The position numbers and the translations under genes were made by a program. Shown one piece after another: positions 49,279-57,262 of a stretch of 59,160 nt of DNA. The first letter of the stretch is position 1, and every line of letters starts with the position of its first letter. The stretch covers positions 497,424 to 556,583 of the forward strand of contig BPJI01000001.1 in the NCBI GenBank assembly GCA_026004535.1, given 5' to 3'. The DNA is from Candidatus Parcubacteria bacterium. GTDB taxonomy: Bacteria > Patescibacteriota > Minisyncoccia > UBA6257 > HR35. The notes under the pieces were generated by a model. That model was not told the DNA's origin. It ran no database searches and saw only the letters and a list, made by a program, of their open reading frames with translations.

Positions 49279-50673
49279 TTAAAATTTTTCTAATAGTCTA
49301 TTAAGAGCCATCAATAGCGCTGAATTTCTCAATGATATTTCATATTTTTGAGATAACTCCCAAACTTTATCAAAAGTTTTGCTTAAATATTCTTCTAATT
49401 TTTGAAAAGTTTCTTCTCTGCTCCATTTTCTATTTTCCATATTTTGTAACATTTCAAAATAAGAAACAATAACTCCTCCAGCATTAGCTAAAATATCAGG
49501 AACAACAATTAATCCTTTCTGATTTAATATTTCATCTGCTTCTTCAGTTATTGGATTATTTGCCATCTCCAAAATTATCTTTGCTTTTATTTTATGAGCA
49601 TTATCTTTAGTTATTACATTTTCCAAAGCAGCCGGAATTAAAATATCAACATCAAGTTCTAAAAGCTCTTCATTAGTTAAATCTTTGCCTATAATTCCTT
49701 TTTCTTTTTTATATTCCATCACTAATTCTGGATTAAAACCTTTTTCGCTATAAATTCCTCCTTTACTATCAGAAAGAGCAACGATTTTATAATCATTTTG
49801 ATATAAGAAATTTGCAAGATTATAACCAACATTACCAAATCCCTGGATAGCAACAGTCAATTCTTTTTTATTCAAATTTAGTTTTTCTACTAATTTATTT
49901 AAAACAATTTCTCCACCTTTGCCTGTTGCTTCTTCCCTCCCTTCAATTCCTCCATTTTCAATAGATTTTCCAGTAAAAGTTGCTTTTAAAAGATGAATTT
50001 TTTGTATGTTACCCGGATATCTAGCGGATAAATCGGATAAATTACCCGGATGATTACCGGATGTATTACCCGGATAATCACCAGATAGATTGCCCGGATG
50101 ATTACCGGATTTATCCGGTTTTAATCCGGGTATATTATCCGGTGTAAATCCGGGTAGATTTTGATACGTCGCATGTCGTAAATATTCATCCACCATCCAA
50201 TCCATAATTTTAGAATTAGTATTTACATCAGGAGCAGGAATGTCTTTATCTGGCCCAATAAAATCATAAATTTTTCTTACATATTCTCTTGAAAGTTCTT
50301 CTAATTCTGTTTCAGATAAATTTTTGGGATCAACTTTAATTCCTCCTTTAGCACCACCCAATGGCAAACCAACTAATGAACACTTTAAAGTCATAAGTAA
50401 AGCCAAGGTTTTAATTTCATTTTCATCAACTTCGGGAAAATATCTAATTCCTCCTTTATATGGTCCTAAAAAATTATTATGCTGAACTCGATAACCTTCA
50501 AAGATCTCTATTTCATCATTATCTCTTTTTAAAGGAATAAAAACTTTAATAATTCTTTGAGGAAAACTTAAAACTTTTAAAAATTCTTCAATTTTTCTTT
50601 TATCGTATTCAATTTTGATTAACAAATCAGACAATTTTCGTATTTTTGCTAATGTATTTTCATAAATATTCAT
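49279..50673 (-). CDS. gdh: glutamate dehydrogenase (Glu/Leu/Phe/Val dehydrogenase family) with ~50-aa in-frame insertion
   Basis: 464 aa; catalytic PLGGAKGGIKVDP, NAD motif QGFGNVGYN; insertion between MDWMVDEY and FTGKS. Confidence 0.9.
   Translation of the reverse strand: MNIYENTLAKIRKLSDLLIKIEYDKRKIEEFLKVLSFPQRIIKVFIPLKRDNDEIEIFEGYRVQHNNFLGPYKGGIRYFPEVDENEIKTLALLMTLKCSLVGLPLGGAKGGIKVDPKNLSETELEELSREYVRKIYDFIGPDKDIPAPDVNTNSKIMDWMVDEYLRHATYQNLPGFTPDNIPGLKPDKSGNHPGNLSGDYPGNTSGNHPGNLSDLSARYPGNIQKIHLLKATFTGKSIENGGIEGREEATGKGGEIVLNKLVEKLNLNKKELTVAIQGFGNVGYNLANFLYQNDYKIVALSDSKGGIYSEKGFNPELVMEYKKEKGIIGKDLTNEELLELDVDILIPAALENVITKDNAHKIKAKIILEMANNPITEEADEILNQKGLIVVPDILANAGGVIVSYFEMLQNMENRKWSREETFQKLEEYLSKTFDKVWELSQKYEISLRNSALLMALNRLLEKF
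50008..50154. repeat. GC-rich ladder palindrome (TACCCGGAT units then ATCCGGGTA units) inside gdh
   Basis: 147 bp (49 codons): about 9 direct units spaced ~11-12 nt followed by 4 inverted units; translated as GFTPDNIPGLKPDKSGNHPGNLSGDYPGNTSGNHPGNLSDLSARYPGN. Confidence 0.8.
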
Positions 50674-50726
50674 TGTGGATTTTTTTAAATTTAGACTTAT
50701 ATTATTTTATAATTAAAAGCAATAAA

Positions 50727-51440
50727 ATGAAAGTTAAACTTTTATCAAAAAGAGAAATTGCTGAGGGAACAATGGAATTTTGTTTTGAAAAACCTGAGGG
50801 TTTAAATTTTAAAGCAGGTCAGCATTTTATCTTAACTTTAATCAACCCACCAGAAACTGATGAAAAAGGAAATGAAAGAGTATTTTCAGTTGTCTCCAGT
50901 CCTGATGAAAATAAAATTTGCTTTGCTACCAGAATGAGAGATTCTGCTTTTAAAAGAGTATTGAAAAATTTATCTGAAGGAAGCGAAATTGAACTTGATG
51001 GACCTTATGGTCAAATGGTTTTGCCAAAAGATACTAATAAAACTCTTGTTTTTATTGCTGGTGGTATTGGTATCACTCCATTTATAAGTATGATTCGCTA
51101 TGCTGTCAAAAATAATTTGCATTACAAAATTTATCTTTTTTATTCCAATCGTCGTCCCGAAGATACTGCTTATTTAGACGAACTTTTAGAATATGACAAA
51201 CAAGGAAAAATAAAATTAATTGCCACAATGACGCAAATGGAAAATTCTTCCAAACCATGGAGCGGAGAAAGAGTTTATATTAATGAAGAAATGATTAAAA
51301 AATATTTGGGCGAAGAAATTGGAAACACAACTTTCTATGTTGCTGGACCTCCGCAAATGTCTCAAGCAATGTATGAACTTTTAAACAATATGGGAGTTAA
51401 TGAAGAAAAAATCAAAGGCGAAGATTTCAGTGGCTACTAA
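50727..51440 (+). CDS. ferredoxin-NADP reductase-like FAD/NAD(P)-binding oxidoreductase
   Basis: Start trimmed to ATG 50727 (MKVKLLSKREI...). RVFSVVSSP (RxYS-type FAD motif), VFIAGGIGITPF NAD(P) motif. The track ORF from 50646 adds an implausible leader overlapping gdh. Confidence 0.8.
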   Translation: MKVKLLSKREIAEGTMEFCFEKPEGLNFKAGQHFILTLINPPETDEKGNERVFSVVSSPDENKICFATRMRDSAFKRVLKNLSEGSEIELDGPYGQMVLPKDTNKTLVFIAGGIGITPFISMIRYAVKNNLHYKIYLFYSNRRPEDTAYLDELLEYDKQGKIKLIATMTQMENSSKPWSGERVYINEEMIKKYLGEEIGNTTFYVAGPPQMSQAMYELLNNMGVNEEKIKGEDFSGY

Positions 51441-51464
51441 AAATAAACCTCCAATAAAACTTAA

Positions 51465-51558
51465 ATACAAAACATTCTAACAGGGGCCCATTCTGAAAGA
51501 ATGGGAGGATGTGGAGGGAAGGTTGTAGTCTATAGAATGTTAGAATATTGTTTTGTAT
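51465..51558. repeat. palindromic repeat, long form, inverted relative to 20361 and 54183 copies
   Basis: ATACAAAACATTCTAACAGGGGCCCATTCTGAAAGAATGGGAGGATGTGGAGGGAAGGTTGTAGTCTATAGAATGTTAGAATATTGTTTTGTAT. Confidence 0.9.
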
Positions 51559-51576
51559 AAAATTGACAATTTTTAT

Positions 51577-52593
51577 TTATCTGAGGGTTGGGGTGCAAAT
51601 ATTATTAACACATTTTATTATGAATTGGCCGGCAATTCCTGAACAAAAATCTGGACATTGTTTTGAAGTATCAATAAAATTTTTATTCCCAAAAGCACAT
51701 TTCTTTGTTTCTTTATCTACGCCACAAGCACAATCAGCATCAGATTGACAAAAAAGTTTCGAAACTTCAGAAGATGGAAGCTGAGGTATGCCAAGTGAAC
51801 CTCCTGGTAATCCTGGTATTCCTGATTCACAAGCTTTTAAATCTTCATCAGTAAAATTTGGTAAGCCTCCATCCATACCAAAATTAGTTAAAGTAATTGA
51901 ACGAGAAACACCAGATAGAGTCTCTTTATTTAAGACTAAATAAGTTGGAACCTGAGGAGAAAGCCAAAGTTCGCGAGTACCAAAACCACCTTCTGGTATT
52001 TTAAATTTATAAACTTTAATTTGCTTTCCAGACTCTAAAGTTATTTCTTCTTCGCCAACAAATTGCCACATTGATAAATCAACTTTGTATTCAGATTCAA
52101 TGCTTTTTCTATCAAAATATTCTGGTACTTCTTCATAACCTGAAATTTTTTGATTCATACATAAAGTTGGACCACGTTTTGGTTTTATTAAATAATAATT
52201 TTCCTGACCTTCTCTATTAAAAACCATAGCAAATATATAACCTTCAAAAGGCGAGCCTTCCTTACCGTCAATTTCAACTCCTTGATATTCTTTACCTTTA
52301 ATTAAGGGGGAAATAAGTTTAACTAAAATTTTTCCTACTATCTCTTCTTTGTCACCTCCTCGGAATTTCCATCCATATCCTTCCATTTTATATTCTGCCC
52401 AAGCTTCTCTTTTAAAACCTAAACCTTTAATCTTATAAACATTCTCCGTTGTTTCTATTTTTTGTGGAGCTTGATAACTTTCTGTAACTTGATAATTAGT
52501 TTTTTCTGGCTGCTTTTTAAAGAAAACAAAATACGATCCAATAACTAAAACCAAAACTATTGCCAAAGCTAAAACAATAAAATTTTTATTCAT
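51577..52593 (-). CDS. secreted hypothetical protein with Cys-rich C-terminus
   Basis: 338 aa; N-terminal anchor; C-terminal CQSDADCACGVDKETKKCAFG..CPDFCSG..KCVNNICTP. Confidence 0.55.
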   Translation of the reverse strand: MNKNFIVLALAIVLVLVIGSYFVFFKKQPEKTNYQVTESYQAPQKIETTENVYKIKGLGFKREAWAEYKMEGYGWKFRGGDKEEIVGKILVKLISPLIKGKEYQGVEIDGKEGSPFEGYIFAMVFNREGQENYYLIKPKRGPTLCMNQKISGYEEVPEYFDRKSIESEYKVDLSMWQFVGEEEITLESGKQIKVYKFKIPEGGFGTRELWLSPQVPTYLVLNKETLSGVSRSITLTNFGMDGGLPNFTDEDLKACESGIPGLPGGSLGIPQLPSSEVSKLFCQSDADCACGVDKETKKCAFGNKNFIDTSKQCPDFCSGIAGQFIIKCVNNICTPTLR

Positions 52594-52686
52594 TTTTTAA
52601 AAATTAAATAATTTTAACTTCTCGATCTTTTATTTAAATTATAATATAAATTATTGGATCGTAAAAGAAAATGGACTTAAAATGAA

Positions 52687-52995
52687 TTGCCTTGTATATC
52701 CCAATCCTACATTAGTTCGATGGAAACCGGAATCAAAAAAAATCTAAAAAATAAAAACCATTTATATTATTTAATAAAATTTAGAAAGCAAATAGTAGGA
52801 TTGGTTCATTTATTTCTAAAAAAATCTTCTGCTGATTTATTTTTGATTTATATTTTGCCAGAATTTAGAAAACAAGGTTTTGGAACTTCGGTTTTAAAGA
52901 AAATTTTTAAGAAGTTAAAAAACAAAAACATTAAAAAGTTGAAAATTGAAATTTATAAAAATAACAAAGCATCAAAAAATTCTTTACTAAATTAG
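52687..52995 (+). pseudogene. GNAT acetyltransferase fragment, possibly frameshifted at A-runs
   Basis: Motif A region LPEFRKQGFGTSVLKKIFKKL present. Only a TTG start; an ATG ORF in another frame (52682, MNCLVYPNPTLVRWKPESKKI) abuts an A8 run; the C-terminus also looks cut. Confidence 0.45.
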
Positions 52996-53259
52996 TAGCC
53001 GAGCTTTATAGTTATATTTATTATCTCAAACTTTAATTTTCTCTTTTTAAAAAGCATATAAAATATTTATATTTGATACTATCTATATAAATTTATTAAA
53101 TTAAAAAACTTTTAACTATTTTCTAAATTTCTTAAGAAATTGAGAAAATAATCATTCAATTTTTTATTTAGAAATAAAAAGGTGCATATAAGACGCTATA
53201 GCGTTTAGAATATACCTTTGATAATCTAACCGTTTAAAACGCTATAGCATCTTAAACGG

Positions 53260-54069
53260 TTAAATGAATTTTGTAATGTTTTGAGGAGTGATTATCTGGA
53301 TTTTTGATTTATCTATTTTTAAAGCTTCTAAAATTTTGGTTTCTAATTCTAAAGAGTAATCCCGAATTTCATCCATTTTAAAAAGATTTGAAGGAAACCT
53401 TTTGTAATGTGATTTATCTAAAATAAAAATTGGATAATTAGAAGGATAACTTTCGATTTCTCCATTTATGAAAACTAGATTGGGATAAACTGGTAAATGA
53501 ATATTGGAATCCTTTAAAATTTTTTCAATAATTCCTTTTTGATTTAAAAGTTGTGTCAATGGATTATATTCGAGATTCAATAATTCATAGTGTGGTTTTA
53601 ATATATTTTTATGCCATTTCTTTTTAAAAATTTCGTTGGTTGAACAAATTCTAAAAACACCATTATAATTTTTTATCTCAAAAATAAAAATTCCTTTAGG
53701 ACCAACAATTAAAAAATCAATATCTCCTGATCTTGTTTCTGGCACTTCATAATTTTGAATAACAATATAATCATCACCAATACTTTTTAATACATTAAAA
53801 AATTCATCCTCACCTTCAATGCCTTTCCCTGCTATATCTCTTCGATATAAAAAGTAATCTAATTTTGGTCCCCAGAATCGGAATAATATAATTGCCAAAA
53901 ATAAGACCATTAAAAAAGTTAAAAAACTTTTTAATTTAATCGATAAATATAATCCTATAAAAATAACTATTGATAAAAAAGCCAAAACTATAAAACCTTT
54001 AACAAATTTACTATGAAAATACTCTTCTTTCCTTTCTGCATACGACTCCTTAAATTTTATATATCGCAT
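53260..54069 (-). CDS. NERD (nuclease-related domain) protein with two N-terminal TM helices
   Basis: 269 aa; GIEGEDEFFNVLKSIGDDYIVIQNYEVP..GDIDFLIVGPKGIFIFEIKNYNG is the NERD core. Confidence 0.7.
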   Translation of the reverse strand: MRYIKFKESYAERKEEYFHSKFVKGFIVLAFLSIVIFIGLYLSIKLKSFLTFLMVLFLAIILFRFWGPKLDYFLYRRDIAGKGIEGEDEFFNVLKSIGDDYIVIQNYEVPETRSGDIDFLIVGPKGIFIFEIKNYNGVFRICSTNEIFKKKWHKNILKPHYELLNLEYNPLTQLLNQKGIIEKILKDSNIHLPVYPNLVFINGEIESYPSNYPIFILDKSHYKRFPSNLFKMDEIRDYSLELETKILEALKIDKSKIQIITPQNITKFI

Positions 54070-54182
54070 TATAATTCTGAGGCTTTTAATTAATTAAATT
54101 TTAATAATTCTTTGAAAATAAATATAATCCTATGTTTTCAAAATTATTCTATCTCTATCACCTTATCGATATCTCTTTTTTA

Positions 54183-54276
54183 ATACAAAACAATACTCTC
54201 ACATTCTACAGACCACAACCCACCCTCCACATCCTCCTATTCTTTCAGAATGGGCCCCTGTTAGAATATTTTGTAT
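54183..54276. repeat. palindromic repeat, long form
   Basis: ATACAAAACAATACTCTCACATTCTACAGACCACAACCCACCCTCCACATCCTCCTATTCTTTCAGAATGGGCCCCTGTTAGAATATTTTGTAT. Confidence 0.9.
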
Positions 54277-54490
54277 TTAGCAAAATTAACTTTTCAAAAC
54301 TTCTAATAAAATAACTCCGTTGTTTATTTTGTTATCTTTAATAGATAATGTCTTATAATAAACATTCAAATGAAAAAGATAAAAAATATTCAAAAAAACA
54401 ATTACTTTACTTTTTCAGCCAAAGACATTGACCATAATAACGCGGTGGTTTTAAAAGAAGTAATAGAGAAATAAAATTTATTTAAAATTT

Positions 54491-54841
54491 TTACTCTAAA
54501 ATCTTATCTATCTTAGCTGCTAAAATAAAATCATTTTTATGGAGTCCATTTATTGCATGAGTCCATAGTTCTATTTCAACTTTATTGTAGAAAATATGAA
54601 TATCAGGATGATGTCCTTCTTCTTCAGCTATTTCTGCAACCTTATTTACAAACTTCATCGCTTCTTTAAAATTTTTAAATTCAAATTTCTTTCTTATTTT
54701 ATGCGGTTCCCCTTTTTCTCTTATTAATTCCCAACCAGCAACTTCCTTTATATATTTTTCTTCCTCTTCATCACTCAACGCCGGAATACCTCCCTCACAC
54801 GGTATACAATGTATTTTATGAAGCTCCATATGTTTATTCAA
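54491..54841 (-). CDS. pterin-4-alpha-carbinolamine dehydratase
   Basis: 116 aa; EEEGHHPDIHIFYNKVEIELWTH is the PCD signature. Confidence 0.85.
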   Translation of the reverse strand: MNKHMELHKIHCIPCEGGIPALSDEEEEKYIKEVAGWELIREKGEPHKIRKKFEFKNFKEAMKFVNKVAEIAEEEGHHPDIHIFYNKVEIELWTHAINGLHKNDFILAAKIDKILE

Positions 54842-54881
54842 ACATATTATAGCGTAAAATAGTTATTGTCAAGTTTTTAAT

Positions 54882-55201
54882 TTATTTTCTCAAAGAAAAA
54901 ATAAGTAATATTAGTGAAATCAGAATTAAAAAACCTCTATAAAGAAAAGCATAAGTAAAATCATTAAACGAACTTACTAAACTTAAATAAAAAACATTCT
55001 TGTTCACTACCAAAATTTTCTTTTTATTCATTCTTTCTGCGCTTTTTCGAACTATCAAAAAAAATATCCCAATTGCTAAAATTAAAAGACCAATATCGCG
55101 AATAGCTATATCATTAAAAATGCCACTGTATTGAAAATTTGCTACACCCCAAAAACAAAAAACATAAATCCTAAAACAAAAGAATAAATATTTAATTTCA
55201 T
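54882..55201 (-). pseudogene. small membrane protein gene interrupted by a frameshift in a T-run
   Basis: ATG comp(55199..55201) gives MKLNIYSFVLGFMFFVFGV*. Another frame continues FWGVANFQYSGIFNDIAIRDIGLLILAIGIFFLIVRKS... to TAA at 54882..54884. Confidence 0.4.
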
Positions 55202-55211
55202 TAATTAAATT

Positions 55212-55664
55212 TTACCAATTTTTGCAGCATTCAAGAAGTTTTTGAAGTATTGATTGGAGATTTTGTTTTTTAGAAAGAATATAAATTAGACCAAAAATTA
55301 TCCACAAAAATAAAAGAAGAGATAAAACATAAAAATTAATAATTTTCATTAAGAGAAAATAACCAAAAGCAAATAGAGTTAAAATAAATGGTAGTTTAAA
55401 AATTCCAAGTTTTTCTTTTAAAAGATTAAAAATTCCCGAAACTGTTCCACCAATTAAAAGTGCTAAAATGATTTGATTTTTAAAATAACCTAAATAATAT
55501 AATGTTAAAAACAGAATCCAAGTTAAAGAAACTGCTCCACAAACAGCACAGATATTTTTCTTAAAGATTGAATTAAAAAGCAAAACAAAAACAAAAATTA
55601 TTGGAATTGAAAGAAAAATTATAAAAACTTCATCTATAAACATCTTTTCTATGTTTAATAACAT
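55212..55664 (-). CDS. polytopic membrane protein with CxxC, unknown function
   Basis: 150 aa; four TM helices, CAVCGAVS in helix 2, C-terminal CCKNW. Confidence 0.45.
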   Translation of the reverse strand: MLLNIEKMFIDEVFIIFLSIPIIFVFVLLFNSIFKKNICAVCGAVSLTWILFLTLYYLGYFKNQIILALLIGGTVSGIFNLLKEKLGIFKLPFILTLFAFGYFLLMKIINFYVLSLLLFLWIIFGLIYILSKKQNLQSILQKLLECCKNW

Positions 55665-55896
55665 AAATAATTATTTTCTTATTTTCGTAATCTAATTTAT
55701 ACAAAACTCTATAATCTCCCAAGCGCAATTTAAAAAATCCGGAAAAATTCCCGGTTAATAGGGTTAATTTAATTTTTGTTAAATTATCCTTAAGCCAATA
55801 GATCTTCTTTAAAATTTTCTTTTGTAAGTTAGGTAGAAGTCTTAAAAGATCGTCTTTGGCGCTTGGAGTAAAATATACTTCGAAATTATTTCCCAT
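55630..55896 (-). CDS. RelE/ParE-family toxin
   Basis: 88 aa; FKLRLGDYRVLYKLDYENKKIIIYVIKHRKDVY is the RelE/StbE C-terminal pattern. Confidence 0.75.
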   Translation of the reverse strand: MGNNFEVYFTPSAKDDLLRLLPNLQKKILKKIYWLKDNLTKIKLTLLTGNFSGFFKLRLGDYRVLYKLDYENKKIIIYVIKHRKDVYR

Positions 55897-56077
55897 AAAC
55901 GAATTTTCTAATTTCTTCTAAAGGAATAAGTTTTTTGGGTTTCTTTTTAAGTTTTCTAACAATCTCTGGCTTTAACTTCAATCCAAAATCAGGATCATTA
56001 AAAATTTCTCTTAATATTTCAATAACCAAAATTTTAGTTCTTAATTTTTCAGTATTTATATTTTTTGTTGATACCAT
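55886..56077 (-). CDS. putative antitoxin of RelE-like toxin
   Basis: 63-aa ORF overlapping the toxin start by 11 nt; call is positional. Confidence 0.5.
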   Translation of the reverse strand: MVSTKNINTEKLRTKILVIEILREIFNDPDFGLKLKPEIVRKLKKKPKKLIPLEEIRKFVYGK

Positions 56078-56085
56078 TATTTTTA

Positions 56086-56679
56086 TTATAACATAGATTG
56101 AAAAATTATTGAAATTAAAATCATTAAAAGAAAATTAATTATTAAACCTTGATAAGGAAAAATTTTACCTTGACGAAGTTGAATAATTTTTTTACTAATT
56201 GAGGGAGAAATTAAAATTATCATTCCACCAATAATTGAGCCGAGTAAGAATTTATCATAAACATAAGTTCGATTAAACAAACTTCCATAATCACCAAACA
56301 AATAAAGATAAAAAGAACCAGTTTCATAAAAATAAAGTTTCAAAGGAAAAACAATTGAAAAGAAAGAAATTAAAATTGAAATAGAATATACAATAAAGCG
56401 GTTTTGCCCGAGACTCATTCCGGCGGAGGTGTGTGCGTTAGCACTCCGAGGGCTGTGGGCTTCGGGGGATGAGTCGAGGGCAAACCGCTTTTGAAGTAAA
56501 TTCGCTAACCACCACCCCAACGCCACACTAAATCCTCCAATCCAAATTCCAATTACTGAAGACTTCATTCCTAATTCTTTAGCAATTAAGGCACCAATTC
56601 CTGCACCAGCAGTACATAACGGACAATGAGCAAAAACAAAAAATGGAATTATTGTTATAAGTAATAAAATAGTTTTCAT
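56086..56679 (-). CDS. membrane protein with N-terminal CPLC motif, carrying an in-frame GC-rich insert
   Basis: 197 aa; HCPLCTAGAG; central ALDSSPEAHSPRSANAHTSAGMSLGQ is encoded by the palindromic element 56398..56488. Confidence 0.55.
   Translation of the reverse strand: MKTILLLITIIPFFVFAHCPLCTAGAGIGALIAKELGMKSSVIGIWIGGFSVALGWWLANLLQKRFALDSSPEAHSPRSANAHTSAGMSLGQNRFIVYSISILISFFSIVFPLKLYFYETGSFYLYLFGDYGSLFNRTYVYDKFLLGSIIGGMIILISPSISKKIIQLRQGKIFPYQGLIINFLLMILISIIFQSML
56398..56488. repeat. GC-rich palindromic element inside a CDS
   Basis: Arms GCGGTTTTGCCCGAGACTCAT (56398..56418) and ATGAGTCGAGGGCAAACCGC (56469..56488), about 18 of 20 positions complementary; inner CGGAG..CTCCG stem. Confidence 0.75.
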
Positions 56680-56682
56680 TTT

Positions 56683-57258
56683 TCATATCTCCATAAATAT
56701 TCCTTTATCTTCTCCATTTTTGACTGAATGAATTTTGAAGGGGGAGATTTTAAAGCCTGGCATTCCAGGTGATCCTGAAGGCATTCCTGGCAAAGCAATA
56801 CCGTCAATATCTGGTTTTTCGGTTAAAAGCTTTTGAATTGCTTCAATTGGAATATGGCCTTCAATAAAATACGCGGACTTACGCGGACTGTACGCGGGCC
56901 TTCGCAGAATTTTATTATCTAAATATAAATTAACATTATTGTCTGCGTTAGTCTGCGTGTAGTCTGCATTGGTCTGCGTTATTAAAGCTGTATGACAAGA
57001 CCAAAGAGCTTGTGGAACCCCAAATTGATTTTTTATTTTTATTAATTCTTCATCAGAAACTTCATTTACCTTAACATTCGCGCCATTCATTTTTAAATAG
57101 CCAATATATTCCTTGCAACAACCACAAGTTGGTGTTTTATAAACAACAAATTCCAAATTAGATAGTTTTGATGATTTAAATGGAGTTTTCACTAAACTAT
57201 AAATAGCTCCGACAAGAACTAGGCCAATTATTATTCCCAAAATTAAATTTTTATTCAT
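56683..57258 (-). CDS. DUF411/CopG-like metal-binding protein with in-frame insertion
   Basis: Start trimmed to MNKNLILGII (ATG comp 57256..57258). TCGCCKEY, WSCHTALI and FIEGHIPIEAI..GIALPGMPSGSPGMPG fit the DUF411 pattern as I recall it. A 36-aa insertion lies between CHTALI and FIEGH. Confidence 0.65.
   Translation of the reverse strand: MNKNLILGIIIGLVLVGAIYSLVKTPFKSSKLSNLEFVVYKTPTCGCCKEYIGYLKMNGANVKVNEVSDEELIKIKNQFGVPQALWSCHTALITQTNADYTQTNADNNVNLYLDNKILRRPAYSPRKSAYFIEGHIPIEAIQKLLTEKPDIDGIALPGMPSGSPGMPGFKISPFKIHSVKNGEDKGIFMEI
56871..56979. repeat. ladder palindrome (ACGCGGAC units then GTCTGCGT units) inside a CDS
   Basis: Left: ACGCGGACTT ACGCGGACTGT ACGCGGGCC. AT-rich centre. Right: GTCTGCGTTA GTCTGCGTGTA GTCTGCATTG GTCTGCGT. 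Unit spacing 10-11 nt. Confidence 0.8.
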
Positions 57259-57262
57259 TTTT

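Noticed and set aside
50008-50154. CRISPR-like array (regularly spaced short repeats), also considered for 56871..56979
   Set aside because: The period is only 10-12 nt with essentially no spacers. The units switch orientation midway, forming a palindrome. The arrays are inside intact reading frames, and no cas genes are present.
53193-53261. Palindrome ACGCTATAGCGT (53193..53204), a second partial copy (53238..53249) and the inverted repeat AACCGTTTAA/TTAAACGGTT overlapping the NERD stop codon
   Set aside because: These are real in the sequence, but they are single-locus, short and have no T-run. They could be a weak terminator or operator, with insufficient support for either call.
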